This document shows, piece by piece, positions 16,743-24,136 of a DNA stretch of 32,000 bases. The stretch covers positions 37,042 to 69,041 of the forward strand of contig SXOA01000175.1 in assembly GCA_005778405.1 (NCBI GenBank), written 5' to 3'. The position numbers and the translations under genes are program-made. A model generated the notes under the pieces. It was not told the DNA's origin and did no database searches. It saw nothing but the letters and a program-made list of their open reading frames with translations. Each line of letters opens with the position of its first letter. Positions within the stretch are counted from its first letter, which is position 1. This DNA comes from Planctomycetaceae bacterium. Lineage in GTDB: Bacteria > Planctomycetota > Planctomycetia > Pirellulales > Pirellulaceae.

Positions 16743-16825
16743 GCAAGCCGTTGGCTCGTCTCAGGACACACTCTACTGATTTTCCGTTCGTGATGCCGGC
16801 ATCCGCGGGCTAGCCTGGGCGGGAC

Positions 16826-19800
16826 CTACTTCCCGTTCTCCTTCCAGAACTCTTCAACCGGCTTGTCGTTGATCTTCTGCAGCGTGGTCAGGGAGCGAAG
16901 GATCTCGCCATCACGCGCCAGATCGAAGTCGAGAAAGATCTGTGTGAGCGGCATCCCTTTCAGTGGGGAGATGTCCTTCACTTTCGTCCCGTGGATCGTG
17001 ATCCATTCCAGCGGCATTCCTTTCACCGGGGTGAGGTCGGCAATTTCGGTGTTGTTGCACCAGAGAATGGTGAGGGGCATACCCTCCAGCGGCTTCAAGC
17101 TCGAAATCTGCGTATAGGAGCAATTCAGCACCTTCAGCTGCATCCCCTGGAGCGGCGACAGGTCGGAAATGGGGGAGTTGTCAAAATGCAGGTCCGTGAG
17201 CGGCATCCCTTGGAGCGGAGTCAGGTCGGAGACTTTGTTCACGCTCAAGGTCAGGCGATTAAGTTGCATTCCCTTTAGCGGTTGCAAGTTGGCCAGTTTG
17301 CCGGGAACCGCGCCATCGGCGCGACAATTGAGAGTGGTCAGACGGGAAAAGGCCCGAATCGGCGAGATGTCCGCCACGTTGTTCGTGAAGAACTCCAGCC
17401 CGGCAACAACCTCGTTTTCGTTCGTGGGGACGAGCGTACCGTCGAACTCAGGGTTGCGTTTCTTCATCTCCCTGCGGAATTCCACGACCTGCTCGGCGGC
17501 GGGCAGTGCAGCGATCCGTTTGACATCGGCATCGGTGAACGGGCCGACGGCAACCGGCGGCGTCTTCGCATCGGGCGAAGGAGCGCCGGACGGAACTCGG
17601 GCCAGACGCAGGCCCAGGGTATTGTGCCGCATCGACGGGGGATGGGGGCTGCGGCGGTACGAGGTCCGGGAAATCCCGGTGTCGTCGCCCCAGCTTCCCC
17701 CCCTGGGCTGGCGCTTGGAGACTTCTTCGTGCATCACTTCGTCCTGGCATAACTCCCAGACGTTGCCGTGCATGTCGCACAGCCCCAGGCGATTCGGCGG
17801 GTAGCACCCCACCTTGCAGGTCCGCTGGAGCGCGTTCTCGCCAGACTTGAAGTTCGCCTGGTCAGGAAGCAGCGTGTTCGTCGGCTCGGCGAAGTAGAAG
17901 TCAAAAGCGCTCTCCTGCTTGTCCGCCAAGGGGCCGCCGCGACACGCATACTCCCATTCCGCCTCCTTTGGCAGCCGATAGACCCAGCCCAACTCCTTCT
18001 CTCGCTCGTTCAGCTTCGCCACAAAGAATTGGCACTCGTCCCACGACACGCTCTCGACCGAGAATCGCTTCAGGTGCGCATCGCTGATGTCCTTCACGGC
18101 GTCCGCGCCTTTACCCGTGCGCGAGAACCAACTGGGGTTCTCCCCCATCACCTTCTCCCACTCCTCCTGAGTGACTTCGTATTTGCCCAGGTAGAAGTCG
18201 GCCGGGATGTCCACCTCGCTATCGACAGGGTTGTTATTGCCTCCACCCAGCCACGACTTGCCCTTCGGCACGATCACGAATTCCATGCCGAGGCTGTTCT
18301 TGAACGTCGGCGGCAACGGCTGCTGCTTCGCCACGGCGGGCGGCGTTTGTTGCTTCGCCGCTTTCACGGCATCCACCGACAGTACCGCGCGAAAACCAAC
18401 CGTCCCGTGAATCGACTTGGCATCAAAGGCTCCACGATCTGCCGCTCGGCAATGCATCGGAGGGACATAAAAATTGCCGCCACGAGCCCCTCGTGCGGCG
18501 GAAGCATCAGGGGGACTCAGCGGGCTGGCGGATTTCTGCTCCTTGAGGGAGGCGTAAAAACTCGGATCCCACCCGTCCTGAACCCATTCCCAAATATTGC
18601 CATGCATGTCGTGCAGGCCAAATGGACTTGCCGGCAGCTCGCCGACATCGTGCGGCCGGCCTGTTGAGTTTTCACCGAACCAGCCAATCTGCTTCAGGTT
18701 CTCAGTCTCGTTTCCGTTCCAGAATTTTGTGGACGTCCCGGCACGGCAGGCGAATTCCCATTCCGCTTCGCTCGGCAGCCGATAACCAGCTCCCTCACGG
18801 AGCTTGATCGATTCGCCATCCCAGGAATAACAGGGTGGGATGGCTTCCTGCTCGCTGAGGCGAACGCAGAAGTTTGCCGCGTCCTGCCAACTCACCATTT
18901 CTACGGGGAATCGGGCGGTGTCCACTCCCGCGACCAGATCTTTTCCCGTCCCCTGCGGACAAAAATAACTGGGATTCACGCTCATCAACTTCTGGTACTG
19001 GGCCTGAGTTACTTCATGAATGCCGAGATAAAAGGGCTGCTTCAGAACGACTCGATGACGAGGAGCTTCGCCTTGAATGTGCTCTTTCCAGGCATTGTTG
19101 ATTTCAGCCGCTTCTAGCAACGCCGCCTCGATCTCCTCGGGAGTGCTCCCCATCTGGAACTCGCCCGGCGGGATGAGACGGAACTTCATGCCGAGGCTGT
19201 TCGTGTACTCGACCGGCACACCGAGATGCTTGGCCCAGGCGTCCTGATGCGCCTTGGCCTGAGCGGTGTCGAACGGTGCGATCGCCGGCGGCGGGGAGTC
19301 GGCGGGCCGCTGAATCGGACTCGTCGTCGTTTTCCTGTCGATGGCCGCCTGAATCACCTCGTCCGAGATCGCCGCTGCCGCGCGGAAGCCGACAACGAAA
19401 AGTGGATTGTCGGGGCGTCTGGTTTCGCGTACGGCCGAGCGGCAGCCGTTGTTCTCGCTCCAGTTTTTGGTATACCCGGAGCCGTCAAAGGAACTTCCGC
19501 CGCGGATGATTCTCCATTCGCCGCTGACTGCACAAATGGGATCGACGTTTTGGGCATTGCGGTAGTCGTAAAACGCGTCCTGACACCACTCCCACACGTT
19601 TCCATGCATGTCGCACAGGCCAAATGCGTTGGGGAGTCTATCACCAATGTTTTTCGACCAGTTGGCTTTGATCACGGCGTGGTTTTCCAGAGATGATGCC
19701 TCATCCCCGGTGGACCACAGCGTGGCCGATCCCGCTCGGCAGGCATATTCCCACTGTGCTTCGGTCGGCAATGCGAACGTCAGACCGGCATCAAGCTGGG

Positions 19801-22800
19801 ACAGCCATGCACAACAATCATTCGCGTCGTTCCACGTGACATTCACGACCGGGCTGTCTGGACCCTGTGGTACTTTCTTCGCTGCTCGTTTCCAATTGAA
19901 TTCGGGATCCCGTTCAGATGGTCCGATCTTCACAATCCAGGCGCCTTTGCCGCTTTTTTCAGGTTCCGTCAGGTATTCGCCCGGTTGTGCCTGAGCGAAG
20001 GAGCGAAACTGGGCGGTCGTGATTTCGTGTTTGCTCAAATAGAACGGCTTCGTGATGCGAACCCGTCGTTGAGGGCCTTCAAGATTGATCTTGTCCAGGT
20101 CTTCGACTCGGAGTCCGCTGGCAGGAGCCTGCTCACGCAGCCTTCCAATCTCGTCTTCGCTGGACCCCATCAGGAACTCTCCCGGCGGAATCAGAATCAT
20201 AGTCAGCTTAACGTCGACTCCGCGCTGGTTACGACCGAGAGTGATTTCTTTCTCCACCGGCACGCCGAGGTAGTCGGCCCACGCCTGTTGATGTGCCCGA
20301 GCCTGAGCGGCGTCGAACGGCGCGATCGCCAGGAGCGGCGTCGGCGCCGTCGGCTTTGGCGAGAGCTCCTTGATCTCGATTTTCTTGAACTCGACGACCA
20401 CCGGTCCATCGAGAGCGTTGAGACCCAGGTGGAAACTTCCTCGGGCCGACGCATGGTCGGTCACCTCGGCAACGACCTGGCCGTTCACCTTCGACGTGAG
20501 CTTAGGACCGTCGGCAATGAGCTCCAGTTTGAACCAGGCATCCGGCTTCACGAGTTCATGTCCCTTGAGGGCGAGCCAACCAAAGGGGGGCTGCACGCTC
20601 AGGCTGCCGGCGCTATCCGCGGACAGCATTTGGGCATAGAGACGCGTGTCATTGGCACGAAAGAGCAGCGATCCTCCAAAGCCCTTCCCTTGGATGCGCG
20701 CTTCCGCCCGGAGGTGGAAATTACTAGCGGGGCCGTGACGGGACTTCATGTAGTGTTGCCCTTCCTGGGCGGTGCCGGTGAGAACGCCCCCCACGACTTT
20801 CCAGTACTGCAGATGCGAGTCTTGAATTCCCGCGCCCTGCTCGGACTTGTCCCAGCCTGCGAGGTCCTGGCCGTTGAAGAGCTGCGTCCAGCCGGGCTCC
20901 TCGGGCGGGAGTTCTTTGATCTCGATCTTGCGGAACTGCACGAGCCCCCCCTTAACCTGCGCAGGACCAATGCCGAGATGGCCGCGCCGCATCGTCATGC
21001 CCGTTACCTGGGCCACTTCCTCGCCGTTGATTTTGAAAGTCGCATCCCGGCCTTTGGCGATGATCTCGAAGACGAACCAGGTATCGGGCGGCGGCTTCTC
21101 CCATTGCCCGGAAATAACCGGCTTGTCGAGGCTGTTGGAATGAAAAGATCCCCCTTCCGTGAAGAACCCGTAAACGGTCCCGTCGGTTCCCCGCCGAATC
21201 TGCACCGAGCCGTGCGAAAGCTCCTTGAATTTAGTTTCGCAGCGCAGATGAAAATTCTCGGAGAATTCGCGGTCGCTCACCAGCGGGACCAAACTGCCCG
21301 TGTAGCGACCCACGATTGCGCCGTCAGCAACCTCCCAGGTGTTCGTCGACGGGACCTTCCAGCCGGTCAAGTCCTTGCCGTTGAAGAGCTGCACCCAGCC
21401 GGGCTCGTCCGGGGGCAGTTCCTTAATCTCGATCTTGCGGAATTGCACCATCGTTTGCGGGCTGTAGATCTGCAGCGCGATATGGCCCACATCGTATTTG
21501 CCCAGCGGATCGTCGCAATCCGCAGTCTGGGTGCCGTTCACTTTGGAGATGATACGGTTGCCGTTCGCGATGATTTCCAAAGTGAACCATTCGTCGGCCT
21601 TGGTGAGTGACTCTTCCTTGGTTCTCCACAAGGCCTTCGGACGGCCGACCGTTTCGGCGTCCCAGACGCTGCCGGTTTTGAGGAGATGTTCCGGGTTTGC
21701 CTGGATTTCCACTTCGTATCCCGCGGCCGGCCGAAGCTGGTCGGCGGTTCGTCCTGGTCGCATTGAGAATGGGCTGCGGAAGTAGATGCCGCTATCTCCG
21801 CCCTGGCTGACTTTCGCTTCAACGCGGAGATGAAAGTTCGCAAACTTTCCGCCGTCACTGAAAAGAAAGCTCGGAATCGTGCTACCCACGAGAACCCCGC
21901 CCTCCACCTTCCAATTGCCCGGCCGATCCGGGTGCGTCTTCCATCCGGTCAAGTCCTTGCCGTTGAAGAGCTGCACCCAGCCCTGATTGGAAGCTGCTGT
22001 GACAACGGGCGTAATCGGGTCGCTCCCGCTCCCCGCCTCTTGCGGCTGGAATCCTGGGCGAGTCATGGCGTACAGTCCGATCGCGAGCAAAGGAAGCAGC
22101 ACGGCTGCCGCGGCAGCCCATTTCCACCATCCTGTTGACTGCATCTTTGCCCGCGGGATCAGCGACAAATCCTTCAGCCTGGAATGCTCCTTGAGCTGGG
22201 ATTCGCAATTGGCGAGTACATCGGCCACTTCCCGCGCCGTCTGGTAACGCTCGTCCGGGTTCTTGGCGTGCAGCTTGGTGATGATGTCGCAGAGCCAGGT
22301 GGGCGTTTCGGGAATGATCTCGCGGATCGGGCGGGGAGTGTCTTCGGTCAGCCGCTTCAGGACGGCCAGTGTGGAAGAGGCGCGGAACGGCGGACGGCCG
22401 CTCGCCATCTGGTAGAGGACGCTGCCGAAACTGAACAGATCGGCCCGCTGGTCGAGTTTCTTCCCGAGGGCCTGCTCGGGGGCCATGTACATCGGCGTGC
22501 CGGCAATCATCCCGCTCTGCGTCATGCTGGCGTCGTCGGCGGCGCGGGCCAGCCCAAAGTCGGTGATTTTCACGCGGTCGCGAATTCCCGTTTCCAGCAG
22601 GATGTTCCCGGGCTTGATGTCGCGATGGATGAGGTCCTTGGCATGGGCCGCCGCCAGCCCTTCGGCAATCTGAACTCCCAGCCGCAGGCAGGTGGGTACG
22701 TCGAGCGGTCCCCGCTCGTCCAGCCGCTGCTGCAACGTCACGCCAGGAATGTACTCCATAACCAGATACGGAAGGGGCCTTTCCTCGACGGCGTAAACGC

Positions 22801-23365
22801 TAACGACATGCTCGTGCCGGATCGCCGCCGAAGCCTGGGCCTCGCGGATGAACCGCTTGCGGGCCGGCGACGTGGCCGCCAGTTCCGGGGCCATGACCTT
22901 AATCGCGACGACCCGGTGCAGTTTTTCGTCAAATGCCCGGAGCACCGTCCCAAAAGCACCTTGGCCAACCACTTCGAGAATCTCGTAATGGGCCAGCCGC
23001 CCGAGGGAATCTGGCTTGGTGGAAGGCTCCAAGTAGCCCAGAGGGGTTTCGTCGGCCATTTTGACGCGCTCCTGAAGCTGCGAAAAATCGAGGATGCTGG
23101 CGGCTGAATCATCGCCCTGGGGCTCTTCGTCCTGTGTGGAGCCGGTTCCCATGATGATGGTGGCGGCAGTCTGTCCCGTCGGATCATCCAACTGTTCCAC
23201 GACTGGGGTCTGAAGGAATCGACTCTCCCGCTCATGGGACGCCAGTAGCGATTCGACGCGGGACAACAGTTCCGCATTATCCGCACAAGCCGATTGCAAA
23301 TGGGCCTTGCGAGCCGCCGAATCCTCGATTTCCAAGGCGGCCAGGAACAGATCTCGTTCGTTCAT
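16826..23365 (-). CDS. giant transmembrane Ser/Thr protein kinase: N-terminal helical region, kinase, TM, 3x DUF1080, 3x FGE-sulfatase-like, LRR
   Basis: 2179 aa. Kinase motifs: VGQGAFGTV, VAIKVM, HRDIKPGNILL, DFGLAR, GTPMYMAPE. TM helix: WWKWAAAAAVLLPLLAIGLYAM. See the domain sub-features below. Confidence 0.95.
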   Translation of the reverse strand: MNERDLFLAALEIEDSAARKAHLQSACADNAELLSRVESLLASHERESRFLQTPVVEQLDDPTGQTAATIIMGTGSTQDEEPQGDDSAASILDFSQLQERVKMADETPLGYLEPSTKPDSLGRLAHYEILEVVGQGAFGTVLRAFDEKLHRVVAIKVMAPELAATSPARKRFIREAQASAAIRHEHVVSVYAVEERPLPYLVMEYIPGVTLQQRLDERGPLDVPTCLRLGVQIAEGLAAAHAKDLIHRDIKPGNILLETGIRDRVKITDFGLARAADDASMTQSGMIAGTPMYMAPEQALGKKLDQRADLFSFGSVLYQMASGRPPFRASSTLAVLKRLTEDTPRPIREIIPETPTWLCDIITKLHAKNPDERYQTAREVADVLANCESQLKEHSRLKDLSLIPRAKMQSTGWWKWAAAAAVLLPLLAIGLYAMTRPGFQPQEAGSGSDPITPVVTAASNQGWVQLFNGKDLTGWKTHPDRPGNWKVEGGVLVGSTIPSFLFSDGGKFANFHLRVEAKVSQGGDSGIYFRSPFSMRPGRTADQLRPAAGYEVEIQANPEHLLKTGSVWDAETVGRPKALWRTKEESLTKADEWFTLEIIANGNRIISKVNGTQTADCDDPLGKYDVGHIALQIYSPQTMVQFRKIEIKELPPDEPGWVQLFNGKDLTGWKVPSTNTWEVADGAIVGRYTGSLVPLVSDREFSENFHLRCETKFKELSHGSVQIRRGTDGTVYGFFTEGGSFHSNSLDKPVISGQWEKPPPDTWFVFEIIAKGRDATFKINGEEVAQVTGMTMRRGHLGIGPAQVKGGLVQFRKIEIKELPPEEPGWTQLFNGQDLAGWDKSEQGAGIQDSHLQYWKVVGGVLTGTAQEGQHYMKSRHGPASNFHLRAEARIQGKGFGGSLLFRANDTRLYAQMLSADSAGSLSVQPPFGWLALKGHELVKPDAWFKLELIADGPKLTSKVNGQVVAEVTDHASARGSFHLGLNALDGPVVVEFKKIEIKELSPKPTAPTPLLAIAPFDAAQARAHQQAWADYLGVPVEKEITLGRNQRGVDVKLTMILIPPGEFLMGSSEDEIGRLREQAPASGLRVEDLDKINLEGPQRRVRITKPFYLSKHEITTAQFRSFAQAQPGEYLTEPEKSGKGAWIVKIGPSERDPEFNWKRAAKKVPQGPDSPVVNVTWNDANDCCAWLSQLDAGLTFALPTEAQWEYACRAGSATLWSTGDEASSLENHAVIKANWSKNIGDRLPNAFGLCDMHGNVWEWCQDAFYDYRNAQNVDPICAVSGEWRIIRGGSSFDGSGYTKNWSENNGCRSAVRETRRPDNPLFVVGFRAAAAISDEVIQAAIDRKTTTSPIQRPADSPPPAIAPFDTAQAKAHQDAWAKHLGVPVEYTNSLGMKFRLIPPGEFQMGSTPEEIEAALLEAAEINNAWKEHIQGEAPRHRVVLKQPFYLGIHEVTQAQYQKLMSVNPSYFCPQGTGKDLVAGVDTARFPVEMVSWQDAANFCVRLSEQEAIPPCYSWDGESIKLREGAGYRLPSEAEWEFACRAGTSTKFWNGNETENLKQIGWFGENSTGRPHDVGELPASPFGLHDMHGNIWEWVQDGWDPSFYASLKEQKSASPLSPPDASAARGARGGNFYVPPMHCRAADRGAFDAKSIHGTVGFRAVLSVDAVKAAKQQTPPAVAKQQPLPPTFKNSLGMEFVIVPKGKSWLGGGNNNPVDSEVDIPADFYLGKYEVTQEEWEKVMGENPSWFSRTGKGADAVKDISDAHLKRFSVESVSWDECQFFVAKLNEREKELGWVYRLPKEAEWEYACRGGPLADKQESAFDFYFAEPTNTLLPDQANFKSGENALQRTCKVGCYPPNRLGLCDMHGNVWELCQDEVMHEEVSKRQPRGGSWGDDTGISRTSYRRSPHPPSMRHNTLGLRLARVPSGAPSPDAKTPPVAVGPFTDADVKRIAALPAAEQVVEFRREMKKRNPEFDGTLVPTNENEVVAGLEFFTNNVADISPIRAFSRLTTLNCRADGAVPGKLANLQPLKGMQLNRLTLSVNKVSDLTPLQGMPLTDLHFDNSPISDLSPLQGMQLKVLNCSYTQISSLKPLEGMPLTILWCNNTEIADLTPVKGMPLEWITIHGTKVKDISPLKGMPLTQIFLDFDLARDGEILRSLTTLQKINDKPVEEFWKENGK
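16871..17413 (-). other. C-terminal leucine-rich-repeat domain with units of about 22 aa
   Basis: LTPLQGMPLTDLHFDNSPISD / LSPLQGMQLKVLNCSYTQISS / LKPLEGMPLTILWCNNTEIAD / LTPVKGMPLEWITIHGTKVKD / ISPLKGMPLTQIFL. Confidence 0.8.
17597..20332 (-). other. three FGE-sulfatase (SUMF1/EgtB/PvdO-like) modules (about aa 1012-1331, 1360-1662 and 1685-1923)
   Basis: Repeated motifs: LP(T/S/K)EAEWE(Y/F)ACR, GL(C/H)DMHGN(V/I)WE(W/L), RGG(S/N). The first two modules are preceded by IAPFD(A/T)AQA(R/K)AHQ.AWA..LGVPVE. Confidence 0.85.
20363..21988 (-). other. three tandem DUF1080 (3-keto-disaccharide hydrolase / concanavalin-like) modules (about aa 460-1001)
   Basis: Each module starts GW(V/T)QLFNG(K/Q)DL(T/A)GW and ends F(R/K)KIEIKEL(P/S)P. 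Confidence 0.8.
22211..22990 (-). other. Ser/Thr kinase catalytic domain (about aa 126-385)
   Basis: Hanks motifs as listed for the full gene. I verified that the HRD codon maps to 22625-22627. Confidence 0.9.
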
Positions 23366-23470
23366 GACGGAATCCCTCAGTCAAGTCGCGGCAGGGAAGA
23401 TGCATCGTAACCAATGCGACGTTTTTGCCGTGGTCACGCCAAGAAACTCTATTTTTCTTCATTTTCCGCC

Positions 23471-23491
23471 CCCTCTCCCCTTGGGAGAGGG
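23471..23491. repeat. perfect GC-rich palindrome CCCTCTCCC-CTT-GGGAGAGGG in the sigma-kinase spacer, followed by GGGGTGAGGG
   Basis: Read directly. It has a 9-bp stem and a 3-nt loop and sits 15 nt downstream of the sigma-factor stop. No adjoining U-tract on the minus strand. Confidence 0.6.
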
Positions 23492-23505
23492 CCGGGGTGA
23501 GGGTC

Positions 23506-24102
23506 TTAGTTTTCTTCCGATTCCCCTTCTTGCCCCGCAATTTCCCGGTGGAGCCAGGCCCGGGCAAAGGCCCAGACCCGGTCTGCCGTGCGGGGGGAGA
23601 TCCCCATCATTTCCGCCGCATCGGCGACCGACAGGCCCGCAAAATACCGCAAATGAACAAGCTCCACGGCCTGTCGGTCCACCGCTTTCAGGCGGTCCAG
23701 GGCCCCGTCCAGGGCCACCAGATCTTCGTGAATCTCCGGTACGACGACGGCGACTTCGTCCAATTCCCGGCGCTTCAATTCTCCCCCGCGCTTCTGCCTT
23801 TTCTTGCTGCGGGCACTTTCCACGAGTATCCGCCGCATGGCTTCGGCCGCCGCGGCAAAAAAGTGGCCGCGGCCGTCCCATTGCTGTTCTTTCTGGCCAG
23901 ACTGTTCCTTGGGCGACTTCACCAAACGCAGGAATGCTTCATGGACTAGCGCCGTCGCCTGCAGCGTCTGTCCCGGTTTTTCCATCGCCAATTTCGCCGC
24001 CGCCAATTTCCGCAACTCGTCATACACCAACGGTAACAGCTTCTCCGCCGCCGACGGATCGCCGGATTCGATTTGTGAGAGGATGCGGGTGACGTCGGAC
24101 AT
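23506..24102 (-). CDS. ECF-type RNA polymerase sigma factor, TIGR02999 / Sigma70_ECF (kinase-associated ECF) family
   Basis: 198 aa. MSDVTRILSQIESGDPSAAEKLLPLVYDELRKLAAAKLAMEKPGQTLQATALVHEAFLRL is the characteristic N-terminus of this family. Region 4: VELVHLRYFAGLSVADAAEMMGISPRTADRVWAFARAWL. Confidence 0.9.
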   Translation of the reverse strand: MSDVTRILSQIESGDPSAAEKLLPLVYDELRKLAAAKLAMEKPGQTLQATALVHEAFLRLVKSPKEQSGQKEQQWDGRGHFFAAAAEAMRRILVESARSKKRQKRGGELKRRELDEVAVVVPEIHEDLVALDGALDRLKAVDRQAVELVHLRYFAGLSVADAAEMMGISPRTADRVWAFARAWLHREIAGQEGESEEN

Positions 24103-24136
24103 GCAGCTAACATACCAAACGCAAATCCAATTACAG

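Noticed and set aside
16522-16771. Two overlapping minus-strand ORFs (74 and 79 aa) in the gltX-kinase spacer
   Set aside because: They are Arg/Pro/Gly/Ser-rich, mutually overlapping in different frames, and have no start context or motifs. They are probably spurious.
16792-16803. 12-nt perfect palindrome GATGCCGGCATC just downstream of the kinase stop
   Set aside because: With no loop it can form only a very short hairpin. It is more likely a chance palindrome or a restriction-type site (it contains GCCGGC) than a terminator.
19985-21610. 541-aa ORF on the + strand, plus several other + strand ORFs between 16863 and 23107
   Set aside because: All are antisense to the 2179-aa kinase gene, which has unambiguous kinase, DUF1080, FGE and LRR motifs. 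The compositions are skewed toward Arg, Pro and Leu.
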